Shown piece by piece: positions 18,478-28,334 of a DNA stretch of 64,000 nt; positions within the stretch are counted from its first letter, which is position 1; each line of letters starts with the position of its first letter. The translations under genes were made by a program, and so were the position numbers. The DNA is from Alphaproteobacteria bacterium. GTDB taxonomy: Bacteria; Pseudomonadota; Alphaproteobacteria; Bin65. The stretch is from assembly GCA_963665695.1 (NCBI GenBank), contig OY762427.1:627268-691267 (forward strand), read 5' to 3'. The notes below the pieces were generated by a model that did not search any database, was not told the DNA's origin, and saw only the letters and a list, made by a program, of their open reading frames with translations.

Positions 18478-19185
18478 ATGGCGTCCAACGAAGCCGTCCA
18501 GGCCGCCGGGTCGCTCGCCCGGGCCTTCGGCGCCCTGCTCAACCCGCGGATAAGCTGGGTCGTGCTGGTCAGCATCGTGCTGACGGTGGCCGCGCTGGCC
18601 ATCCTGTGGACGGTCATGGCCTGGCTGCTCACCGGCTTCGAGATTTTCCGCTGGGGCTGGGCCAACTGGATCGTCGACACCTTCACCGAGCTGGCGATCT
18701 TTTTCGCCGCGCTCCTGGTCGCCCCGGCCGTGCTGCTGACGATTACCGGCTTTTTCCTGTCTTACGTCGTCGCGGCGGTCGAGCGGCGGCACTATCCGCA
18801 CCTGCCCGCCGCGCGGGACATTCCGATCGCCGAGGATATCGCCGGCGTGCTCCGCTTCACCGGGCTGCTGCTGTTGCTCAACCTGCTGGTCCTGCCGCTC
18901 TACCTGCTGCTGCCCGGCGTCAACTTCCTGATTTCCTGGACGCTGAACGGCTACCTCGCCGGCCGGGAATATTACGACCTGGTCGCCATGCGCCGGCTGG
19001 CGAAGGACGAGCGCACCGCGCTGCGCCGCGCCAACGGCGGACGGGTGTTCCGCGCCGGTTTCGCGATCGCCATGCTGATGACGGCGCCGGTGCTCAACCT
19101 GGTCATGCCGGTCGTCGCCGCGGCCTACATGACCCACGTCTTCCACGCCATCCGGGAACGGACGCCGCAGCCCGGTTCCGGCTGA
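18478..19185 (+). CDS. EI24-domain membrane protein (CysZ-like)
   Basis: RBS GGAAGAAGGGAGAC upstream of the ATG. About 4 TM helices with an EI24/CysZ-like layout. Confidence 0.6.
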   Translation: MASNEAVQAAGSLARAFGALLNPRISWVVLVSIVLTVAALAILWTVMAWLLTGFEIFRWGWANWIVDTFTELAIFFAALLVAPAVLLTITGFFLSYVVAAVERRHYPHLPAARDIPIAEDIAGVLRFTGLLLLLNLLVLPLYLLLPGVNFLISWTLNGYLAGREYYDLVAMRRLAKDERTALRRANGGRVFRAGFAIAMLMTAPVLNLVMPVVAAAYMTHVFHAIRERTPQPGSG

Positions 19186-19240
19186 CGGCGCGCCCGAACC
19201 TAAGCGGCCGAGGCGGCCGGAGCGGCTGCGGCGCCGGCGG

Positions 19241-20956
19241 CTACCAGGCCGCCACCACCTCGTCCATCGCGGCGTTGACCTCTGCGGCGTGCAGCCGTCC
19301 GGTCTTGTCGGTCGGCGCGAGCGGCTCGTGCAGGAAGAATTCCGGCAGCTCGTCGTCTTCGACCGTGAAGCCGGCCCGGCGGTTGAATTCCTTTTCGAGC
19401 TTCAGGGTCTCGATGCCGATCTCGTCGATGAATTCCGGCGGTATGTCGATATTGTAGGAATTGTTGATGGCGTCGGCGATCAGCTTGCGGTTCACGTCCG
19501 TCACCGTGCGGCCGAACACGCACAGGCCGAGGGAATCGGCGACCGCGCTGTTGATCTGTACCTGGTAGCTTTTCTCGGCCAGGTCCTTCATCGGCTTGCC
19601 GCTGCTGTCGTAGTGCGGCAGGTTGCCGGCGGTGTGGTCGGCGCCCTGGGCGGTCAGCATCATGGAAACGCCGGTCACCTCGATGACCCGCGGATCGTAG
19701 GCGCTGATCGCCTGTTTCTTGATCACCGGCACCCGCTCGATGCCGTAGTGCTCGCCGACCCGGGCGGTGCCCTGGGCCAGGATACGGCCGCGCTCGCTGC
19801 CGGCGCGGATATCCTCCAGCGCCTGCTCCATGAAGGCGACGTCGCCGAATTCGGCCTCGCCGTGATCCATAAGGATCGCCAGCATGGCGCCGACCTCGAT
19901 GGTGTCGATGCCGAGATCGTTGGCGATGAAGTTGAGCCGGGCGATATCGTCCGGATCCTTGATGCCGCAATTGGTGCCGAGCAGGCCGATCGTCTCGTAT
20001 TCCAGCGGCGAGACGACCTCGTTGCCGTCGGCGTCGTTATAGATGTTGGAGCATTTGATCAGGCAGCCGGGCATGCAGGCGTGGGAGGGGTCGCCGCCGC
20101 GCTCGGTATTGAGGTTGTAGATGTGGTCGCCGCCCGCCTCGAAGGTCTCCTCCTTCGGATCGACGATCTGGCCGGCGCTGAAATTGCGCACCGGCAGGGC
20201 GCCCGTGGCGTTGGTGTAGTCCGCCATCATGGCGGTGCCGTAGGTCGACATGTTCTGGACCGCCGGCTGTTCGCGCAGCATGGCGCCGTATTCCTTGATC
20301 GCGCCCATCACCTTCGGGCGGTCGTGCAGCGGCGGCATCTTCGTCTTGTCGACGACGATCGCCTTGACCTTCTTGAGGCCCATGACCGCGCCGACGCCGC
20401 CGCGCGCCGCGATGCGCACCGGCCGGTTCTCGGCGTCGCTCACCGCGATGCCGGCCAGCAGGCCGCAATATTCGCCGACCGGGCTGCACAGGGCGACGCT
20501 GGTCTTCCTGCCGTACTTTTCGTGCAGCAGCGCGGCGGCCTCGATATTGCCCTTGCCCATGTAGGGCCCGGCGGTGTCCCAGCTGAAATTGCCGTCCTTG
20601 TCGATATGGATGACGACCCAGTCGTCCGCCGCGCCGTGCAGCGTGAACCCGGCGATCTGCAGATGGCCCATGGCGAGCGCGAAGGTGCCGCCGGCGTTGG
20701 ATTCCTTGATCCCGCCGGTCAGCGGGCTCTTGCAGCCGATCGACAGCCGGTTGGCGTTGGAGAAGTTGGTGCCGGCGAAAGGCCCGGCGGAGAAGATCAG
20801 CGGGTTGTCCGGCGACATCGGATCGACCGCGGCGACGCCGTCGTTCAGCAGGGTCTTGGCGATGAAATAGCGGCCGGCCTCGGCGAATTCCCGGCCTTTC
20901 AGCTCGCGGGATTTCACGGTGCGGGTCGCAAGATCGATATCGAGATAGTGGCGCAT
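19241..20956 (-). CDS. Aldehyde:ferredoxin oxidoreductase family (tungsten/molybdopterin, AOR-type)
   Basis: 571 aa. AOR N-terminal domain (MRHYLDIDL...TRT) and conserved AOR-family blocks throughout. Confidence 0.85.
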   Translation of the reverse strand: MRHYLDIDLATRTVKSRELKGREFAEAGRYFIAKTLLNDGVAAVDPMSPDNPLIFSAGPFAGTNFSNANRLSIGCKSPLTGGIKESNAGGTFALAMGHLQIAGFTLHGAADDWVVIHIDKDGNFSWDTAGPYMGKGNIEAAALLHEKYGRKTSVALCSPVGEYCGLLAGIAVSDAENRPVRIAARGGVGAVMGLKKVKAIVVDKTKMPPLHDRPKVMGAIKEYGAMLREQPAVQNMSTYGTAMMADYTNATGALPVRNFSAGQIVDPKEETFEAGGDHIYNLNTERGGDPSHACMPGCLIKCSNIYNDADGNEVVSPLEYETIGLLGTNCGIKDPDDIARLNFIANDLGIDTIEVGAMLAILMDHGEAEFGDVAFMEQALEDIRAGSERGRILAQGTARVGEHYGIERVPVIKKQAISAYDPRVIEVTGVSMMLTAQGADHTAGNLPHYDSSGKPMKDLAEKSYQVQINSAVADSLGLCVFGRTVTDVNRKLIADAINNSYNIDIPPEFIDEIGIETLKLEKEFNRRAGFTVEDDELPEFFLHEPLAPTDKTGRLHAAEVNAAMDEVVAAW

Positions 20957-21053
20957 GTCAGCCCCGATGGTTCCGGTCGTACGGGCGCGATATTAGCGGG
21001 TCGGGCCGGGGGTGTGTGGGAAAAATCCGCCCGTCCCGCCGTAGCGGCCTCGG

Positions 21054-21833
21054 CTAGGGCGCGTGCAGCCAGGCGGCGGGATCGCCGGATTCGGGGCGGA
21101 AATAGACGACCGTCCGCTCGCTGGCCGTCGCATCCCGGCGCCACGGCGCGATGCCGTGCAGGGCGAGCCGGTGCGCCAGATACGCTTCGCCCCGGCCGGC
21201 CGTCAGCGTCACGCGCCGGCATTCCGCGAAAATGCGCCGGCGGACCGCGCGGTAGACGTCCGTAACGTCGATATCGCGCCATGCCGCGGGCGGCCGGTCG
21301 CCGAAGGCTTCGGCGAAGGTTTGCCGCACGATGCGGTGCGAACCTTCCCAGAGGACGAAGGGAGAGGCCGCCGCGTCCGCCGGGCCGACCGGCAGGCCGA
21401 GGATGAAGCGGTGATGCTCGCGCAGGAAGCGGCGGCGCTTCGGCCCGGCCGGCAGCAGCCCGTCGACATGGGCGGCGTCGCGCCGGCGGCGGTAGGCGAA
21501 GGCGGCGTCGCTCTCGTCCCGGTCCTGCTGCGGATAACCGGGCCGGCAGACCGAGACCTGGGCCCGGTCCCAGTCGAAGGGCCCGCCGGCCAGCGCTTCG
21601 GCGAAGCGGACGGCCGCGCCGCCGAGCGGCGGACCGCCGGCGACCGCGCCGGTTGCGTCGTTGGGGAGCGCATTGACCCCGGCGAACCAGGTGCCGCCGC
21701 AGCGATGCCACCGGCCGAAGGCGGGATCGGAGACGCTGCGGCGGGCCGCGGCCTCGCTCGCGTCGAGCCAGTCCAGAACCTCCGGATCGACGCCGAAGCG
21801 GGTCCAGCCGCGTTCGAAAAATTCATCGGTCAT
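21054..21833 (-). CDS. Hypothetical protein (possible non-haem Fe dioxygenase-like fold)
   Basis: 259-aa ORF immediately upstream of the AOR gene on the same strand. Has HVDG and LWEGSH motifs. No confident family. Confidence 0.45.
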   Translation of the reverse strand: MTDEFFERGWTRFGVDPEVLDWLDASEAAARRSVSDPAFGRWHRCGGTWFAGVNALPNDATGAVAGGPPLGGAAVRFAEALAGGPFDWDRAQVSVCRPGYPQQDRDESDAAFAYRRRRDAAHVDGLLPAGPKRRRFLREHHRFILGLPVGPADAAASPFVLWEGSHRIVRQTFAEAFGDRPPAAWRDIDVTDVYRAVRRRIFAECRRVTLTAGRGEAYLAHRLALHGIAPWRRDATASERTVVYFRPESGDPAAWLHAP

Positions 21834-22159
21834 TTCGGGTTCGTCCCGGACCGCGTTGGCCGGATTGGCGAGGGAGCCGGCCCGGTCCTGCGCCCCTGTC
21901 TTTGAGGATTCCCCTGCGAAGGGCCGTGCGCCGGGCCGGCTCTCATAAATATTTCCTCTTTATCGACAATATTCCTTGACATCGCAGGTCCAGCGCCCAA
22001 TATCGGCCCGGTCAACGCCCGAAATGCGCCTGCCGCGGCCGCCGGCCGGCCGGGATTCTGGAAAAATTCCTACAAAAATAACTTTTGTGCACTTCCGAAG
22101 GGTGTTTTTCCAACGATTCCAAAGAATTAGGCCCGCCGGGTGTAAAAAAACATATTTTA

Positions 22160-22195
22160 TTGAACATTCATTAAAAATCCGGCCGTTTTCCGGCG
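22160..22195 (-). terminator. Possible intrinsic terminator downstream of kynA
   Basis: On the minus strand, a short GC stem (CCGG..CCGG) followed by TTTTT, within a locally AT-rich stretch. Confidence 0.25.
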
Positions 22196-22215
22196 TCCCT
22201 GCCGGCCGGCGCCCC

Positions 22216-23181
22216 TTACAGTTCCGTCCGCACCGCCCAGAGTTCCGGGAACAGGCGGATGGTCGTCGCCCTGGTGAGGTAGCCGACGCCGCTGGTGCCG
22301 CCGGTGCCGATCTTGTGGCCGATCACCCGCTCGACGGCGTTGCGGTGGCGGAAGCGCCAGGTCTGGAACAGGTCGTCCATGTCGATCAGGTCCTCGGCCA
22401 GCTCGTAGAGCCCCCAGTGCTTGTCGCTGTTGAAGTAGATGTCGCGCCAGGCGGCCATCACGGATGCGTTGTCGTCGCGCTTCTGCGACCAGTCCCGGTC
22501 CAGCACCCCGGCGTCGATGGCGTAGCCGCGCCGCGCCAGCAACATGACGGCCTCGTCGTAGAGGCTCGGCCGTTCGAGCAGTTCCGTGAGGCGTTGGGCG
22601 ATTTCCGGCCGGTGATCGAAGGTGCGGATCATCGCCCGGTTCTTGTTGCCGAAGATGAATTCGATCGAGCGGTTCTGGAACGACTGGAAGCCGGAGGACT
22701 GGCCGAGCCCGTCGCGGAAGGCGAGATAGTCGGCCGGCGTCATGGTCGTCAGGATGTGCCAGGCCTGGATCAGGTTTTCCTGGATGCGCTTGACCCGGGC
22801 GAAAATCTTGAAGGCGGGCCGGAGATCGTCGTTGCGGATGTGCGGGAAGACCGCCTCCAGCTCGTGCAGCATGAGCTTCATCCACAGTTCCTTGACCTGA
22901 TGCAGGATGAAGAACAGCGCCTCGTCGTGCTCGCCGGTGATGACCGGCTGGGCGTTGAGGATTTTGTCGAGTTCGAGGAAATCGTGATAGCTGCGCTGGC
23001 CGCCGAGGTCGGCATGGTAGGATTCGCCGGCGAAGTCCTCGCCCAGCGCAGTCGCGCCGCGGGTCTGGGCTCCGGTCCGACCGGGGGTCCGACCGGGGGT
23101 TCGACCGGGGGTTCGACCGGGGGTCCGAACGGGGGTCCGGGAGGCGCCGGGCCGCGCCGTGTCGCCGTCACCGTCCGTCAT
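22216..23181 (-). CDS. kynA: Tryptophan 2,3-dioxygenase
   Basis: TDO core blocks: SYHDFLELDKIL, FFILHQVKELWMKL, GTGGTSG. Start at ATG 23181 with an upstream GGAAGGAGAG RBS. The N-terminal tail carries a (PGRT)x5 repeat. Confidence 0.85.
   Translation of the reverse strand: MTDGDGDTARPGASRTPVRTPGRTPGRTPGRTPGRTGAQTRGATALGEDFAGESYHADLGGQRSYHDFLELDKILNAQPVITGEHDEALFFILHQVKELWMKLMLHELEAVFPHIRNDDLRPAFKIFARVKRIQENLIQAWHILTTMTPADYLAFRDGLGQSSGFQSFQNRSIEFIFGNKNRAMIRTFDHRPEIAQRLTELLERPSLYDEAVMLLARRGYAIDAGVLDRDWSQKRDDNASVMAAWRDIYFNSDKHWGLYELAEDLIDMDDLFQTWRFRHRNAVERVIGHKIGTGGTSGVGYLTRATTIRLFPELWAVRTEL
23074..23139 (-). repeat. 12-bp tandem repeat (GGTCCGACCGGG-like, ~5.5 copies) inside kynA
   Basis: The repeat is directly visible in the DNA. 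It is in-frame and encodes RTPGRTPGRTPGRTPGRTG in the N-terminal tail. Confidence 0.7.
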
Positions 23182-23381
23182 GGTCTCTCCTTCCCGCGTG
23201 TGCAGCGTTTCCCGCCGGCGCCGGGCGCCCGAATCGCGCCCCAATCGCATCCCAATCGCATCGGGGCGCGCCGCGCCAAGATTGCCGGTTTCTCGGCGCC
23301 AGCATATCCGATACAAACCCCGCCGGGTACGAAATCGCGCCGGCGCCTGCCGGGTCCCGCAGACTTCAGGGAGAAAGGCTC

Positions 23382-24743
23382 ATGTCCAACCAGGTCAAAT
23401 ACCTGCTCGACGAAAACGACATTCCGAAGGACTGGTACAACATCATGGCGGATTTCAAGAATCCGCCCTCGCCGCCGCTCCATCCGGGCACGCTGCAGCC
23501 CTGCGGGCCGGACGATCTGGCGCCGCTGTTCCCGATGGAACTGATCATGCAGGAGGTCTCGACCGAGCGGTATATCGAGATCCCGAACGCCCTGCGCGAC
23601 GTCTACCGGCAATGGCGGCCGAGCCCGCTGCACCGGGCCCGCCGGCTGGAGCAGGCGCTCGATACCCCGGCGCGCATCTACTACAAATACGAAGGCGTGA
23701 GCCCGGCCGGCAGCCACAAGCCGAACACGGCGCTGGCCCAAGCCTTCTTCAACAAGAAGGAAGGCGTCGCGCGCCTCACGACGGAAACCGGCGCCGGCCA
23801 GTGGGGCTCGTCGCTCGCCCTCGCCGGCGCGTTTTTCGGCCTCGAAGTCGAGGTCTTCATGGTCAAGATCAGCTTCGAGCAGAAGCCCTACCGCAAGGCC
23901 TTCATGGAGAGCTTCGGCGCGAAGTGCCACGCCAGCCCGTCGACCCTGACCGAGGGCGGCAAGGCGATCCTGAAGGACAACCCGGACAGCACCGGCTCGC
24001 TCGGCATCGCGATCTCCGAGGCGGTGGAGCGCGCGGTCCAGCGCGACGACACCAAATACGCGCTCGGCAGCGTGCTCAACCATGTCCTGATGCACCAGAC
24101 GGTGATCGGCCAGGAAGCCATCAAGCAGATGGAAATGGCCGACGACTATCCGGATATCGTCGTCGGCTGCACCGGCGGCGGCTCCAACTTCGCCGGCATC
24201 GCCTTCCCCTTCCTGGGCGAGAAGCTGCGCGGCGGCCGCGATGTCGAGATCGTCGCCGTCGAGCCGGCGAACTGCCCGTCGCTGACCAAGGGGCAGTACG
24301 CCTACGATTTCGGCGACACCGTGAAGATGACGCCGCTGGTCAAGATGCACACGCTGGGCTCGGGCTTCGTGCCGCCGGCCAACCATGCCGGCGGGCTGCG
24401 GTATCACGGCATGTCGCCGCTGGTCAGCCAGATGGTCCACGAGAGCCATGTCCGGCCGACCGCCTGGCACCAGACCGAGTGCTTCGCCGCCGGCGTGGCG
24501 TTCGGCAAGGCCGAAGGCATCCTGCCGGCGCCGGAAGCCAACCATGCGGTCAAGGGCGCGATCGACGAGGCGCTGAAATGCAAGCGCGACGGACGGTCGA
24601 AGGCGATCCTGTTCAACCTGTGCGGCCACGGCAATTTCGACATGGCGGCCTATCAGAGCTACGCTTCCGGCCAGCTGACCGACGACGACTACAACGACCG
24701 GGAACTGGCGATGGCGCTCGCCGCCCTGCCGAAGGTGGCGTAG
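23382..24743 (+). CDS. trpB: Tryptophan synthase beta chain, TrpB2 type (PLP-dependent)
   Basis: 453 aa. N-terminal DENDIPKDWYNIMAD motif typical of TrpB2, the PLP-binding lysine region (SHKPNTA) and the GGGSNFAG block. RBS GGAGAAAGG. Confidence 0.85.
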   Translation: MSNQVKYLLDENDIPKDWYNIMADFKNPPSPPLHPGTLQPCGPDDLAPLFPMELIMQEVSTERYIEIPNALRDVYRQWRPSPLHRARRLEQALDTPARIYYKYEGVSPAGSHKPNTALAQAFFNKKEGVARLTTETGAGQWGSSLALAGAFFGLEVEVFMVKISFEQKPYRKAFMESFGAKCHASPSTLTEGGKAILKDNPDSTGSLGIAISEAVERAVQRDDTKYALGSVLNHVLMHQTVIGQEAIKQMEMADDYPDIVVGCTGGGSNFAGIAFPFLGEKLRGGRDVEIVAVEPANCPSLTKGQYAYDFGDTVKMTPLVKMHTLGSGFVPPANHAGGLRYHGMSPLVSQMVHESHVRPTAWHQTECFAAGVAFGKAEGILPAPEANHAVKGAIDEALKCKRDGRSKAILFNLCGHGNFDMAAYQSYASGQLTDDDYNDRELAMALAALPKVA

Positions 24744-24829
24744 CCGGCATCGGGGCATGGCCTTCCCGGCCCGCAATCGCGGCCGGGAAGGCCGGCCCGC
24801 TTCCCCTCGCAGCAGCCGGGACGGACCGC

Positions 24830-25459
24830 ATGAAACTCCATTATTTTCAGGCCTCCTGCGCGCTGGCGCCCCATATCGCGCTGGAATGGGCCGGCGCCGA
24901 TTATGAACTGGCGGAAATGAAACGCAGCGAGACGCGCGCGCCGGCGTTCCTGAAGAAGAACCCGGCCGGCAAGGTGCCGGTGCTGGAGCTGGACGACGGA
25001 ACCTGCATCAGCCAGGTCAACGCAGTCCTGCAATACATCGCCGAGACATGGCCCGACGCCGGGCTGAGCCCCGGATCGAACGGGGATGGCAACGCGGAAG
25101 CCCGGCACGCGATGCAGCGCTGGCTGTCCCATTTCAACGGCGACGTGCACACCGGCTTCACGCCCTATTTCATGACCCACCGCTACGCCGACAGCGACGC
25201 GGCCAAGGCGGAGGTCAAGGCCCATGCCGCCGGGGAAGTCGCCTTCCAGCTTGGGGTGATCGAGGACCATATGGCCGGCCGGGACTGGATGCTCGGCGAC
25301 GCGCGCTCGATCCTCGATCCCTACCTGTTCGTCTTTACCGTGTGGGCCGGTTTCATGCCCGAGCGGCTGAATGCCTTTCCAAACCTCAAGGCCTTCAACA
25401 AGCGCATGAAGGACGATCCGGGCGTCCGCAACGCCCTGAAGATGCAGGGCATGGCCTGA
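24830..25459 (+). CDS. Glutathione S-transferase
   Basis: 209 aa with an N-terminal thioredoxin-like GST domain (MKLHYFQASCALAPHIALEW). Internal start inside the long artefactual ORF 23159..25459. Confidence 0.75.
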   Translation: MKLHYFQASCALAPHIALEWAGADYELAEMKRSETRAPAFLKKNPAGKVPVLELDDGTCISQVNAVLQYIAETWPDAGLSPGSNGDGNAEARHAMQRWLSHFNGDVHTGFTPYFMTHRYADSDAAKAEVKAHAAGEVAFQLGVIEDHMAGRDWMLGDARSILDPYLFVFTVWAGFMPERLNAFPNLKAFNKRMKDDPGVRNALKMQGMA

Positions 25460-25564
25460 GCCTGCCGGATTGTTCCTCCCGTTGCCGCCGGTTCGAGGCC
25501 GGCCCGGATCCGGAGCGTATCCGGGGGCGCCGCAATCCGGTTGAGGCGACAGGTTCTCGGCGCT

Positions 25565-26074
25565 TCAGCTGCGGCGCGGCGGGGTGCGGCCGGGGCGGCG
25601 GCCGAGCCGGAAGGCGCGCACCATGCGGTGCAGCAGATAGAAGCCGATGGCCAGGATCACCACGACGATCATGGCGAGCAGCTTGCGCCCGAAGACCGGA
25701 TCGAGCACCGTGCCCTTGTCGATCAGATGCAGGCTCAGCATCTCGATCAGTTGAAGGATCCCGCCGGCGCACAGGATAAGCGCCACCAGCAGCGCCACCT
25801 GCAACGTATCGAACACCAGCCCCTCGGCGTCGAGATCGGCGACCCTGCGGAAGAAATGCTGCCGGAAGGACTGCCAGTGCGCGATGACGTAGGCGACGAC
25901 GCCGACGAAGGCGGCGAACCAGAAGACGATGGTGGACGAGGCGAGCCCGCGGATGCTGTCGCTGACCAGCTTCTCGAACGGCGGATAGAAATAGACGAAG
26001 ACCGCCAGGATCACGAGGCCGACGACAACGATCCAGTATCGTAGGGAACGCACGCCCTCGGTTTCCTGCGCCAT
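25565..26074 (-). CDS. Small hypothetical membrane protein (4 TM)
   Basis: 169 aa from ATG 26074, with four hydrophobic helices. No family recognised. Confidence 0.5.
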   Translation of the reverse strand: MAQETEGVRSLRYWIVVVGLVILAVFVYFYPPFEKLVSDSIRGLASSTIVFWFAAFVGVVAYVIAHWQSFRQHFFRRVADLDAEGLVFDTLQVALLVALILCAGGILQLIEMLSLHLIDKGTVLDPVFGRKLLAMIVVVILAIGFYLLHRMVRAFRLGRRPGRTPPRRS

Positions 26075-26279
26075 GGGTCCACCGGTTTGCAATTGCTGAA
26101 GCGGCGGCAGTACAGCATACAAGGAATCCGAAAAAAAGCCCTGACGCACAGCGCCGGGGCATCGGACTCTGTATTTGGCCGGACCGGCGGCGCGGCGCGG
26201 GCTGCATCGGTTGACGCCGCGCGCCGGGTTGGGAATTATCCGCGTGCGCAGCCGCGCGCCGGAAATGATGGAAATCTCC

Positions 26280-28334
26280 ATGCCCCATCGCCTGGGAATC
26301 GATATCGGCAAGACCTTCACGGATCTGGTGCTGCTCGACGAGTCGGGGACGGCGCACGCCCTCAAGATGCCCAACGACCCCGGCGACCCGGTTGCCGCGG
26401 TCGCCGCCGGCATCCGCAAGCTGGCCGACGGAGCGGGCGTGGCGCCCGGCGACATCGCGACGGTCGTTCACGGCGCGCCCGTTCGCGGCGTCCTGGACCT
26501 CGATCCGGCGCAGGCCGGCGGACCGGCCGTCGGCCTGCTGGTCACCGCCGGGTTCGAGCATGTGCTCCATCTCGGACGCGGCCAGGGCGCAAGCCCGCTG
26601 GCCGGCGGCATCGTCGCGACCCTCGGCGTCGCCGAGCGGATGGATGCGCGCGGGCAGGTGCAGCAGCCGATCGACGAAGCGAAGGCCCGGGCGGCGATCC
26701 AGGCCCTGCGTGATATGGGCGCGGAGGCCATTGCGGTTTCCCTGCTCCATGCGGCGGCCAACCCGGCGCACGAACGGGCGCTCGGGGCGCTGGTCGGCGA
26801 TATCGACGCCGATCTGCCGGTGACCCTGTCCAGCGACGTCGTCCGCGAAGCCGCCGACTACGAACGGACCGTCGCGGCGGTGGCGGCGGCCGTCCTGCGC
26901 CCGGCGCTGGCCCGGTATTTCGAAACATTCGCCGATTCCCTGCGCGCCCTGGAGTCCACGGCGGAAATCCGGGTCGCGCGCGCCGACGGCGGCTCCATGT
27001 CGCTCGCGCATGCCGGCGATGCGCCAGTCGATGCGCTCAACGCCGGTCCGGCCGCCGGCGTGGCCGCCGCAGCCGCAGCGGCGTCGCACGCCGGCTGCCG
27101 CGATGCGCTGGCGCTCGATATGGGCGGCGGCATGGCGACCGTCGGCATCGTCCTGAACGGCGCGCCCGTCGTCACGCGCAAGACGCCGGTCGCCGGCGCG
27201 AACCTTACCCTGCCGTCGGTCGCGGTCGTCCGGGCCGGCGGCGGCGGTGCGGCGGTCCGGCTGACCGGCCACGGCGCCCTGCGCGTCGGGCCCGGAGCTG
27301 CAAGCGGCGGCCCGGCCTGTTTCGGCGGCGACGGACCGACGCTGACCGACGCAAATCTTGTGCTCGGCCTGATCCCGGCAGGCCCGGACAGCGGCAACGG
27401 GCAGGACCGGGCGCCCGACCGCGCCGCTGCTGAAGCTGCCATCGCCCGCCTTGCCGACCGGCTGGGCGCAAACCCCTTTCAGGCGGCGCAGGGCATTCGC
27501 GACCTGGCGATCGAGAAACTGTATGGCGCCCTGCGCCAGACCGCGGCGGCGCACGGCGTCGATATCGCTTCGATGCCGCTGGTCGCCTATGGCGGCGCCG
27601 GGCCGCTGCACGGCAACGCGCTGGCCATACTGTGCGGCGACGGGCCGGTCGTCGTGCCGGCGCAGCCGGGCGCGATGTCGGCGCGCGGCTATGCCGAAGC
27701 GCCGCCGCGCCAGGAATTCGGCGAAAGCTGCCGGCGGCTGCTCGACGATATCAACGCCGCGGCGGTCGGCGAAATTCTGGACGGGCTGGGCGCACGGGCG
27801 AATGACTGGCTGGACGGCGAGGGCGCGCCGGCAACCGGCCGCCGACTCCGCTTCGAGGCCGATCTGCGGTTCCGCGGCGGGGGCGGCGATTTCGCCCTGG
27901 AGGTCGATCCGGCCAACCTGCCGAACTGGGGATTGCGCGATCTGGAGGACCGGTTCCATGCGGCCTTCGAGCAGCGGCACGGCGTGCGCCTCGGCGCGCC
28001 GGTCGAACTGGTCCGCCTGCGCGCCGTCGCCGGCGGCCGGGCGGCGGGCCGGCGCAACGGCGGATCGCAAGTCCGGGCGCCGGGCCGGCTGTCCGGATCC
28101 GGCGACGCTTCGGCCGCGCGTATCGGCGAGCAGCGCGTCTATCTGGAGGGCGCTTTCCTGAACGCGCCGGTCTATGCGGCCGGCAGACTGGAGGCCGGCA
28201 GCCGGGTTGCGGGACCGGCCCTGGTCGCCGGCGGCGATTGGACGGCCCCGGTCCATCCCGGTTATGCCGGCGCCGTCGGAGCGGACGGCGCCCTCGCGAT
28301 CGCACCGGACCGCAGCGGGAGCGCCGACGCATGA
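26280..28334 (+). CDS. hyuA: Hydantoinase/oxoprolinase family, A subunit (HyuA-like)
   Basis: N-terminal LGIDIGKTFTDLVLLDE and an internal ALDMGGGMATVGIVLNG block (ASKHA-fold signature). Confidence 0.85.
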   Translation: MPHRLGIDIGKTFTDLVLLDESGTAHALKMPNDPGDPVAAVAAGIRKLADGAGVAPGDIATVVHGAPVRGVLDLDPAQAGGPAVGLLVTAGFEHVLHLGRGQGASPLAGGIVATLGVAERMDARGQVQQPIDEAKARAAIQALRDMGAEAIAVSLLHAAANPAHERALGALVGDIDADLPVTLSSDVVREAADYERTVAAVAAAVLRPALARYFETFADSLRALESTAEIRVARADGGSMSLAHAGDAPVDALNAGPAAGVAAAAAAASHAGCRDALALDMGGGMATVGIVLNGAPVVTRKTPVAGANLTLPSVAVVRAGGGGAAVRLTGHGALRVGPGAASGGPACFGGDGPTLTDANLVLGLIPAGPDSGNGQDRAPDRAAAEAAIARLADRLGANPFQAAQGIRDLAIEKLYGALRQTAAAHGVDIASMPLVAYGGAGPLHGNALAILCGDGPVVVPAQPGAMSARGYAEAPPRQEFGESCRRLLDDINAAAVGEILDGLGARANDWLDGEGAPATGRRLRFEADLRFRGGGGDFALEVDPANLPNWGLRDLEDRFHAAFEQRHGVRLGAPVELVRLRAVAGGRAAGRRNGGSQVRAPGRLSGSGDASAARIGEQRVYLEGAFLNAPVYAAGRLEAGSRVAGPALVAGGDWTAPVHPGYAGAVGADGALAIAPDRSGSADA

